DNA of 64,000 nt from Macrostomum lignano (lineage: Eukaryota), in assembly GCA_002269645.1 (NCBI GenBank), contig NIVC01000283.1, forward strand, positions 434,001-498,000, read 5' to 3'. A program made the position numbers and the translations under genes. Below the pieces are notes generated by a model. The model ran no database searches and had not been told where the DNA came from. It worked only from the letters and a program-made list of their open reading frames with translations. Numbering within the stretch: the stretch's first letter is position 1; each line of letters begins with the position of its first letter. Shown here in pieces: positions 36,326 to 46,815 of the stretch.

Positions 36326-38399
36326 ATTAAATCCTGCCTCATTATTTTTATCAACTATTTATCTTGCCCCTCACAGTGACATTGAACTTAGTGTTCTACT
36401 ACCCTATGAAATTTACAGATAAGACCAAAAGGTTATCATAAAAAGCATAAAATGAGTAAGCAAAAAGCAAAATAGACAGTAGAAATTTACGTTGCAATTC
36501 AACCACATGCTCTGCTGGAGCTGGTCTTCGAGCACTGTGACGATCAGAGGCTGAGTCAATAATGTGCTCCATCAAATAGCCATCACCAAATCTAAGCCTA
36601 ATGTAGCGCTTGATAAATTGCTTTGGACCATTGCACAGAATTGAGGACAGCAATGTCAAAGATCCATCAACACTTTGGAAGTACTATAAATTAGGAATTC
36701 TGGTGTGAAGACAATGTCAATCTACCTTGCTAAGAATGAAATATTTACATAATCGGATTTGAAAAAAAACCTTATCTGCATATTTATTTATTGTTAATGC
36801 ACTGTCAAAGGCATTTATCCTTCTTTAGGAGCCGGTTTATTCTAGCAGTGAGACGCTTCTCAAAAGCTCTCATGTCTGAGTAGATAAATTTATTAATGCC
36901 TAAAATTATTTTATAAATAGTGGTTTTACTACAACTTATATATAATGATTTTAGAAATATGACAGACATTAGAGCTAAAATTTACCTTGAATAGAGGTAT
37001 CAGGTTGGCTTTACATGGCATGGATTTGCCCCTGATCAACGCTAGATCAATCGAAAAAAGTGTATCAACTCAGTAATACTAATACTAGAAGAAAGATATC
37101 TACATCAGGATACATTTCCGTCAAAATCAAAAGTAATGTCTTCAAATAAAAAATGCAAACTTATTATTTTATAATTTCATGTTTTTTTATATTTTATTCA
37201 GAATCTTAAAAGGATCCAAGAAAAGGCAAGCATATACTAACTTGAGTATACATGACATGTAGCACGTTCTTGCTCAACCTGTTCAGTAGAAGCTTCATTT
37301 TCAAGGGGCAGAAATCACTTTATCTAAAATGTAAATGTGCAAAGTAGCATATTTTCTATAGTAAAAGCGTTATTCATATACTCATCATATTTAAAATACT
37401 TAGTTAAATGATTATTAGTTACCATTTGGATTTGGAACCAAAAAATATTGGTCTTCTTCACCTTTATCTTCACACTCAATATTTTGATTATAAAGCTCCT
37501 GCAGCAAGTCACAGCTACTGCTGCCTTGGTATGAGCTAACTTAACTTGCTAATTGTGGCTGTTGTCGACGATCTCTTGCTTTTGGTTGTAACTTGCTCCT
37601 AGAAGAGCAATGGCTTGGTCAACCAATGAGTCAGTGTTTTCAGCCTCACTGACTAAAGATGACAACTCTCTCATTGCGGCAGCAATTTGTCGTTCACTTC
37701 CTTTAGCAACAAGGTTGCAGAATAAAACTTAGCATGCATGCGAAAAAACCTCATCTCCCTAAAAAATTAAAAATATAAACATTTTAGAATTATTTCAGAC
37801 ATTAAATTGTTTTAATTAGATTTAATTCAAACATTTAAATATTTAATTAGAAAAAATACTTTGGCTAATATTGTGACCCAAATGCAATGGTAGTAAACTT
37901 CTCATTACTTGCAACTCCATCAAGAATAAAACAAAAGATATTGATGAATGGTCTACATTGAATCGAGAAGTTGATTTTGAAGACTTACGAAGGCTTCTCT
38001 CAATGCTCATGATTGTAAAATTTAGATTGGCTAGAAATATTAAATTTATTTCTGAAAATGAGAATAATAAGATATTATTTAAAATTGTAGTCAATATAGG
38101 TACATAAATATAAAAAAGTATATAAGCAATGTCCTAGTTTCCTGTGTTAAATTATTTTGATAGAGGCCTACCAATCTTTGAACAAATGAAGCAAAACAAA
38201 TCTTTAAACTATGGAGGTCCTAAAAATAATATTACTCAGTGTAAAAATAGATTTTAGGCTTAGCCGTATAGGTCACCTAGTATAGGAACTTGCCAAGCCC
38301 AAAGCACTTCTCTGGGCAAATGGTCTTATGTTATGTATTATATACTGATAAATAAATATTTTTTTCTAATATAAACTATACGAAACTGTAATAGTCAGT

Positions 38400-38631
38400 C
38401 TTAGTTTTATACTAGCCAAAAGAAGGTAAAAGGGAATATACGATATGATCGAGGATCGAGCAAGTGACAAAAAAAATACAACTTTGACTTACGCTAAAAA
38501 GTTTGTAGAAAATTTTAAAGTGAATAAAATACCACTTTTAGTTCTTTCCTCCATAGTTTGCTTAAAAAAATTTCTCTAATCGATCACATAGATAGATAGA
38601 CACAGACGGACCATTTTTAGTATATTTAGAT
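38400..38631 (+). mobile_element. Helitron/DINE-like short repeat end (copy 2)
   Basis: gatagatagacacagacggaccatttttagtatat terminus shared with 4051-4066. Confidence 0.35.
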
Positions 38632-40619
38632 GGCAAAAAAGAAACATATGAATGTGCTTCCAATGAATGTGCTTCCATTCATGATACAATCATGAAGCAA
38701 AATACATCCATGATAGTTTCATGGGCATGCATAAAATTAACATGGATCATGGATAATTCATCTATGACAGGAGTCTAGTGTGCGTACTTAAAAGTGGCGA
38801 CTTTTTAACGATGTTGCGTGTATGTCGGTTTTTTTAAGAAAGCCAGAGGGCGCAGCGGGTCTAAGCGACTGACATATTATCCTCTGTATACCTAGTAGTA
38901 CATATTCATGTCAGTAAACCCTTATCAGAAGTCAGCCTGCAGATTTGACGATGCGATGCCCAGATAAGTTAATTAAGGTAAGTTAAAATGGACCTGACTG
39001 GATGGGTAAGTTCGATTTCTTAATGATCTGTCGTGCCTAATTAATGAAATCTTTTCTCGAAAAAGCAGTCAATTTTTTTGGAAAAATTATAAATTATTTG
39101 ATATAATTTACTTAATAATCTTTAGGATATGATAATATTATGGTATCAGCGTGTCCTCGCGGTTAAGCTACTGGTTTGGGTTTACTGCTATTTTTATTAT
39201 CATGTACTTTAATTTGGAAGGTTGCTGCCACCAGACTAATGTCCCTTATAATTAATGTTAAATTAAAATAAGTGAGACAAGAGTCAAAATTATGTGAGGT
39301 TATTAGAACCAAATATGCAAAGAGTGAAATTACACTATTAGTTTCCTATCTTAATAATTCGGTAGACTCCGGTTCTTACTTTAGACTAATGGTAGACTCT
39401 CTTAGTTTTTCCCTATTTTACCTAATTTGATTATACTAATACTCCTATTCTCGGTAGACTCCGTTGACTAAGTGGTAGACTCCTTAGCCTCCCTATATTA
39501 CCCTGGACTTACCCTTCCTATAATCCTTGAATCTTTGTGAATTTTGCCTTTTACAGAAGGGGAGACTCCCGTATGTTTTAGCTTCTTTATCTTTTAAATA
39601 TTGTGTCACTTTAGTGGCGTTGTAATGGCTATCGCCCTCAAAAGGGCCGTTTGACGAGAGTACTGACGTTACTAGTCCCAAAAAGATGGTGAACTCAACA
39701 ATGGCAGAGTAGAGTTTGTAGCGGTAGCACTTGGCAATGGCGGTAGATAACAAAAGACGCCAACTGGTTTATAATTATAATTATCAATGTTCAATATTAA
39801 TACAGAAGCTTATGACGTTATGGGGGCACTGGCGGCTGCAACAATGGTTTGATGCAATTTAGTGGTATAGATGAAAGTTGAGTAGATGATGATAGTTGGG
39901 ATGAAGCCGAGTAGCAAGTGATGGCTGTGAGCACAGTGATGGCAGTGAGTAACAAGTAGGCAACAGACAAAGTGGCGAGATTGGGCGTCGGCCCGTGGCA
40001 GTATACAGTGGAGCAAGAGTGCGTAGACAGTCTGGCCCAGACAGTGGAGCCGTGGCGAGAGATAAGGAGAGAGAAGGAAACGAAGGAACGCCAGGACAAG
40101 GAACGAAAGTGAAAAAACCCCCAGCCCGCCGCCAGGCGGGGTTAATAAAGGAGCGCAGGAGGGTTAGCATAATACACGCGGAGAGTTTTCATTGGCTGGC
40201 GGGGGAAAAAACAAGAACTTGAAATTATCGATCGTGCTAGATTTTATAGACGAACGCAAGGTTTACCAAATACACAGTGAATTAGCGATTGGTACAGATT
40301 CGTTACACGCTACTACAAGTAAACGTGAAAATACACAATTGGAAATTTTAAATGAGAAATTGTAAGGGAAACTACAGTCCAACGGCCCTTTTACGGGAAC
40401 CCCTTATACTAGCAACGTCACAATTGCCCCAGGGACTGTCCCGAACGGATCCTTTTCCGGGGGTAAACAGCCTTTTACTAATGGAATCTTTGGCGCACTT
40501 CACAAGGCAAATTAAGGCATATTGCACAAAAAGACCAGACTGACATATCTGAAGCCTTAAAAAAATTCGAACCATCTGCCGAAAGTAGAAAATACAAGTT
40601 AAAAACGGAAGCTGAACCG

Positions 40620-41330
40620 CTACACCGCTACATATTTAGCTACATCGGAGTTTAAAAAATCGGTTCGATAGTTTTGAGCTAAAACGTTTTGGTACGCAAT
40701 AATCTTATCGAAGTGCCGTTCTATGGTTATTTGGTGCTGAACACTTACGAGCCATATCCCCTCAAAAGAGTCAATGGGATGATCTTGACAGTCAAGCACT
40801 GAACAAACAAGACAAAGCTTAAGCACGAAGTCAGAACGTAAGTTAAAATGATCGACAAAGAACCGTTCGCATCGCTTGTAGGAGACAGGAAACGTGTTAT
40901 GAGGCAGAAGACGTTGAAAGCGAAGAAGACCTCCGACAGCCTCTTTCGAGACTGCGGATAAGATCATCCATAGTTTGAGCAGTGCGCACACGGTGTCAAG
41001 AGTCAGGCCAACTCCTTTGAACACTGAGATCAAGGTATAACTGTCGTTGGAACCAGCACTGTTAGGTTCTGCTGGGTAATGTTGATTTGCAGGGGTTTCA
41101 TTCTGAGCGCCAGTCATGCTATTGCAAACGCCGACAGCGCCTGTATCGGGTTGTGGTGGTGTATGGTCAACTGTGACAGCAGCCAAGTTGGAGCCAAAAC
41201 CCGATACAGATTTGCACTCGCCCATTGAAGTTTGGGAGTCTGGATAAGATTTGATGCTGTTATGGGGCGATAAGGATGACCCTGATGATAAACTTTCGTC
41301 AGAAGAGCTTATGGCGAAAGCAATTCAATA
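40620..41330 (-). pseudogene. N-terminal fragment of a third family-A-related CACTA transposase
   Basis: TVCALLKLWMILSAVSKEAVGGLLR...NTFPVS...CLVCSVLDCQDHP...VSVQHQI parallels VQAALIYQWVITSGVSEAALDRLL...HTFPTS...CSECKGKCDVHP...LDIVPQL of the inner copy. Confidence 0.7.
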
Positions 41331-42036
41331 GAATAGCTTAAGCAGCTGGATTCAGACGCGACAAAAACGCTGAAAATAGAAGCCAGAAGTGCAATAAAAG
41401 AATGGCAACAAATAAATTATCTAATTATGAAGTAATTTTTACCACCTACTTCTACCGCTGCTTAACGTCCTAGTTCTTTTATCAAAACAATAAAAATAAA
41501 TAGATTTGCTGTTCATCATATTGCTGACAAAAATAGTCTAAAACACACTACACGTAGTACTAATTTGAAAATTGAAAATTAGTCTTATACAAAACTATTA
41601 GAAAATAATATTTTATACGAGTGACAATAAGAGAAAGTAGTGAACTGTCATTTAAAGTCTCAGAGATCATTGGGTTCAGTTCTGGCTTCCGTCTTTGCTT
41701 TTCCGCTTCCGATAGTTTGTCTCAGGGCCAACGCAGTTCAACGAGTCCTTCACGGCCTGCCAGCTTGTCATTACCTGCTCTGGTGGGATTCTGAAGACCT
41801 TGTTGAGAACACCTGTTATGAAAGAAGCAAAAAGACAAGACATAATATGGATGACTGAATATATTATATTGGTGGAAGAGCCACGGGTGCGGGTGGGGAA
41901 TAAAATACTTGTAGTTGTACAAATACACATACACATAATATACAAATACTTTGCAGATTCATTCATTGGATTTTATTTAAAAGGTAATTCTAATCTTCAT
42001 AATTCATAACTTCATTAAGGACATGAGTAGTATGTA

Positions 42037-43791
42037 CTTAAGTGCATTCAAAAAGTTCTTAGATACCCCTCATATCTCTGCATCTGTTCGACCGATTTTG
42101 ATGAGAATTTATACAAACATGGGTCTATATTTGATGAATTCAGTGCTAGAGTTTCAGCTTGGTCGTATAGACAGAACGAAAGCAATCGATCATTTACTGA
42201 CGAACCCACGAAATTAGCAATACGATTTTAAGCACATAACAAAACGTACAAGCAAAAGGGGCAAACGGTTCAAGTTGGCAAGATCACCAATCATGAAAAT
42301 CTTCGAAGTAATCACCGTTCCGTTGAATGCACTTGTCATACCGCATCGGCAGCTCTTCGATCCATCCTAACCACGTGTTTCTAGGAGTCGCTCTGATGAG
42401 CCCCTCAACAGCCGTTTGCAGCTCGGGGAAGCTAGCGAACCTCTTGCCTCTCAGCTGCGCCTTGACGTGTCCAAAAAGGCCATAGTCAGACGGTGCCAAA
42501 TCAGGCGAGTAGGGCGGATGCTGCTACTGCTGGAATCTGAGGCTGTCGATGTGAGAGCGAGTGAGGGCTGCCGAGTGCGGCCGGGCATTGTCGCAGTGCA
42601 ACAGGACGCCCTTGCGCACGATCCGACGCCGTTGCAGTAGCTCCTGTCTCAGCCTCGTGAGCTCGTGACAAAACCGCTCGCTGTTCTGTGTCTGGCCCTG
42701 GCCGTACCACGTGAACATGAGGGGCCCGCTCGCATCCCAAAAACAGTTAACATGATCTTCTTGGGATAGGTGCCTGCGCTTTCGACGTCACCGCCGCCGC
42801 CGCCCCTCGGAAGCCAGGCCCTCGACTCCCGCCGGGAGATTGGGTCGTACAGGGCAAACATGGACTCATCTTGAGTTACAAATCTGCTTTTGAACTCGTC
42901 TCCCAGAGCTGAAATTGCCGCCCTTTGTTGCAAGCAGACTTCGTATCGGCGATTTTTCTGCTCGGCAGTTAGCAGTCTTGGCACCCATCGAGAGACCAGC
43001 TTTGACAGACCAAGATGCTCGTGCAGAATTTGGAAGACCGAGCCACACGAAATCTCGGCGGCATTGGCCAACTCGTCAATAGTGATGTGGCCGTTTTCAC
43101 TTACCAGCTCTTCGATCAGTATGGCACTGCTGTCGTTGACTGCAGTAGCTGGTCGGCCTGAGCGTGGCTTGTCCTGCACGCTCGTTTCGCCGTCCTTTCT
43201 CTTCCGGACCCAGTTCGCGACGGTTGCTCGACAGCAGGCATCATCTCCAAAACGGCTGACTAATCTCTGGTGGATAGTGTTCACGGACATGCCTTCGTCC
43301 GCAAAAGCAAAAACGATCAGGCGCTGCGAAACTTTATCGCCATATGCACTAGCCATTCTTAAACCGTCCGAGGTTGGTTCTGCATCTCAGCATTTCAATC
43401 TGACGTTCATTCTGCACACTCAGTCTAATGCTGCCTACTGCTTTGTTCTATCTGTTTTTTGTCTATGGCTAAACCCTCGCAGCTTAAAAGTAATGATTAA
43501 TCAATACTCAGCGAAAGCTTTTATTCCTCTAAAAACAAGCTGCGATTTCACAACCCCCCCCCCCAGTTTAGAGTGAGGTCCAGATCCGATGCTGTTTAAA
43601 AATCGTATTGCTAATTTCGTAGGTTCGTCAGTAAATGATCGATTGCTTTCGTTCTGACTATACGACCAAGCTGAAACTCTAGCACTGAATTCATCAAATA
43701 TAGACCCATGTTTGTATAAATTCTCATCAAAATCGGTCGAACAGATGCAGAGATATGAGGGGTATCTAAGAACTTTTTGAATGCGCTAAGG
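42037..43791 (-). mobile_element. Tc1/mariner element 3 (1755 bp), ~194-bp TIRs, in the last intron of the third BEN-like gene
   Basis: 42037-42230 is the inverted match of ~43598-43791; TA at 42035-42036 and 43792-43793. Confidence 0.88.
42284..43356 (-). pseudogene. mariner DD34D transposase with one frameshift (~42740) and one TAG
   Basis: PRSGRP, RWVPRLLT, TQDES, HCDNARPH, then QQ*QHPPYSPDLAPSDY. Confidence 0.92.
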
Positions 43792-45373
43792 TAAGTATTA
43801 TCTTACGCTGCAGCTCGCTGATGACTTCAGTCGATGCCATTGGTCTCTGGGACGATCCAGCGAACTCTCCGAATATGTGAGTTTGCACACATTATTGTCT
43901 ATACTTTGCCAATGCAAACGCTCGGATGTATTTCGACGTGGTTGACCGAGGAAAGTCCAGCAGAGTATAGGATATGCCATTGATTCCAACGAAATCCTGT
44001 TTTGAGGACGAAGGGTGCATTTAGCAAGCTATTACTTAGGCCTCAAAATGTACATACAACATTCTGAAAACCACACTCTGGCTATAATGGCAGGGCACCA
44101 TTCCTTTTTCAGCTAATTCTCCAAGTCAAATATGTTTCACAAGGAGAATGTATGTTAGACATTGATAAATTAATTGTCCCTGAATGGAAATACATTTTTA
44201 GCGATTGTAAAAATAATTTTTAAACCTCACCTCATTGACAAAATCAGTAGCAGAAGGTGCATGCAGCCGATCAGCAGAAGGCATGGCTTTTTTAGCTTGT
44301 GCGCAATAAAGCGCTTCAGGCTGTCTGAAAAATATAATATTGTAGCAGTTTCATGCACAAAATTGTTTTAATTATTTGCAAGGTCACCATTTCCCTAAAT
44401 AAGAATCATGGTACTTTTATAAATTACATCATTTCACTCTATAAATCAAGATAAAATCATTCAAAATCAACTTAAAACTCAAGTTTCAGCCACAAAAATA
44501 CAGAAAATGGCCAACTCACCCATTCCTTGATTAAACTCCTCAACAGTTAAGAAGCGACCTTATCCATTTGAGTGAGTTCCAGTAGACTTTGAGTCAGCCA
44601 GGCTTGGCCGCTGTTGAAGAAGCTCTGGTGGGAGGGCTCGCCTCATTTCTGAAGCAATAGCTGCATGCATCTGCTGATGCTCCATCCTAGCCTGATCTTG
44701 TTCTTCTTCACCTGGCTCAACTACAATGGACCTACCACATTGTGGATGTGGTGTCTTGGATTTAGCTACAACTTGTGACTGCTGGGGCCTAGGCCCTGAT
44801 GGCCTCAACCTTGGTGTAGCTGTAGTATTATAAACTGAGCTATGAAGTCTAGAATCTTCAGCTAGGTCTTAATGCATTAAAACTGTCTTGCCCTTGGCTG
44901 GTCATCAATAGGAGCAAAAAAAGGATCAAGGCTTGAATCATCATTGTCTATACTGCCTTCATCACTAGAGCTATAGTTACTATTAGGCTTAGGCATATCA
45001 CCACTAGTCTTAAGAAATTTTGTCATATGCTCAAGGACACCATCTGAAAGGTACTCATTCTCCTTGTTTTCAGAAATAAACTTCTCAAGCTTTTTCTCAA
45101 TTTTAATAATCCTAGTACTCAAATCAGCAGCAATAAACATTCCATTGTAGACTCCATCATAAAGGTGAAGAGGGTAGTCCTGACCCTGAAATTAAAATAC
45201 AAAACATTGAGCAAGTAGTATCTAGGGCCTAATAAAGTACTTTATACATAAAGTAAAATATTTTATTTATAAAAAAGTAAAAAAGTCTTCTATACTTCAA
45301 TATTAATTTGATTTTCTACTCTTTGCTTATAAATTAAAAGTATAAAAGTATAAAAATTATAAAAAAGAAACTA

Positions 45374-45770
45374 CAAGGGGTGTCTAGCAAAATATAGGAC
45401 TAGTGAAAAATTTAGACAAATGGAAGAAAAATAACTAAGTTAAAGCCAGTCAGTCTTAAAGCCATACTTAAGTTCAAATATAATAATATCCCCAGATTTG
45501 TTTCTTTGGAATATAGAATGGCTGAGGATGCATTTCTTGGTTCCAGCTTTGCCTTTTATATTTAGTCTATGCTCAAAAACTTAAGCTCTGACTTGGTAGC
45601 ACTCAAAAAAGTTTCATACCCATATCCTACCCCTGTTAAAATTTCTTAATCTGACAAAATGGTTCAACAGCGAGATACTGTTGTCAATTTCTACCAAGCT
45701 GGAAAGTTTACGATAGAGTGGCACTATTGATAGGACATAAAAAATTACATTGTTGTAAGCTAAGAAAAGT
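45374..45770. mobile_element. decayed mariner-like end in intron 1 of the third BEN-like gene
   Basis: TA|caaggggtgtctagcaaaatataggact resembles the TIR at 11105; no partner TIR found. Confidence 0.35.
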
Positions 45771-46440
45771 CAAAATTATTTTTAAAAAACTAGCTAGCTA
45801 TGATACGCCCTGAATAGGGATTATGTATATATTATTATAGGCAAGACTTTAAAGCCATCCCTATTTAAAAATCAGAATCAATGTTAATTTAAAAAAGAAA
45901 AATTGAATCTGCTTTTATTTTTAGGGCCTACAGTTTCATTTGAAAGCATGAACTGATTATAAACCTAGAAGGCAATAATTATTATATTTAATGTTAGGCC
46001 TACACTTTTACAGTGGGCCTAATGTTGCTATTTCAATATATAAATTCACAAAGCAAGGAATTCAATGAATGTAGCTTTATGTATAAATTGTATCATCAAA
46101 TATAAGCACTAGAAGAATAACTATACTTACAAAGATAAACTTCGTATCCATAGCAATGTTTGTTAGTGCAGCACTACAGCGAGAGAAATTATAGTAAGTT
46201 CTTGACTTCCTAATGAAGAACAGCAAATACTTGCCATTGTAAGGCTGTAAACAAATTCTACTCTGAGCAGGCTTGGACATTCGCCCAGAGCGAGTTTGAA
46301 GCGACATGTTCTTTTTCCTGAATGTTTAATGTATATATAACAGGTGTCGAATATAGGTAATACTAAAAATAAAGATTACAACTTATTCACTTCACAGTTT
46401 AAGTTAAGTATGCGCATTTGCACTTGCACAATGAGTAAAT

Positions 46441-46542
46441 AAACAGCGGCCCCAGTGCGTGACAACGATTGTTTTGCGAGCGCTGGTAGGCTGGTAGGCG
46501 CGAGCAAATAACAATCGTTGTCACGCACTGGGGCCGCTGTTT
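46441..46542. repeat. perfect 33-bp inverted repeat with 36-nt spacer
   Basis: aaacagcggccccagtgcgtgacaacgattgtt (46441-46473) and its exact reverse complement (46510-46542). Confidence 0.97.
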
Positions 46543-46815
46543 CTTTTCATTGTATCGCTATTGGACGATCAAATCGTATGAACTGTCTGTGGCATAGAAA
46601 AGTGAGACGCTCGTAGCAGGGGGTGTGAAGAAAACTTGAAGAAAACTTTGATGTCTATGGTAGAGTGTATTCACACCCTTCTCTCTAGCCTATTTGACGA
46701 TATTAGCATTGAGGATTACCATAGACAAAACTTGCATTGCAACGCACTGTAAATTTTATATTCTGTTTTGTACTAAGGACGAAAGTTGATTGAGGAAAGC
46801 AGGGGAGAAGAGCAC

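Larger units (their letters stand above)
34310..37770 (-). pseudogene. BEN-like accessory gene of the outer CACTA element, last intron carrying LTR insertions
   Basis: 37560-37750 (LVAKGSERQIAAAMRELSSLVSEAENTDSL), 36470-36670 (SILCNGPKQFIKRYIRLRFGDGYLMEHIIDS) and ~34330-34450 (VRENLINQPAREETRTQK) match the inner-copy exons. Confidence 0.72.
41676..46307 (-). pseudogene. third BEN-like accessory gene; exons 46131-46307, 44520-45185, 44231-44324, 43807-43996, 41676-41812
   Basis: Canonical GT-AG sites. Exon 4 ends ...ISELQ c|gt exactly as the inner copy ends ...AEFQ c|gt. The last exon is 137 nt in both copies (SWQAVKDSLN vs IWQSVRDHLN). Internal stops and frameshift in exons 2 and 4. Confidence 0.7.

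Noticed and set aside
39230-40330. LTR-like block with ggtagactcc repeats and a short minus-strand ORF (39493-39753)
   Set aside because: Looks TE-derived, but no termini, PBS or recognisable domain could be established.
875-42526. TAG reassignment or readthrough to explain in-frame TAGs in several transposases
   Set aside because: The TAGs fall at positions expected to be different residues (Trp, Gln), related pseudogenes also have frameshifts, and the intact host exons I read contain no in-frame TAG.
41676-46307. the divergent spliced gene as an accessory gene of the Crypton
   Set aside because: Its exon structure and C-terminus match the CACTA-linked BEN-like genes, and it is followed by a CACTA transposase fragment.
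46654-46669. TA|CACTC as the 5' terminus of the third CACTA element
   Set aside because: No matching opposite terminus was found in the window.
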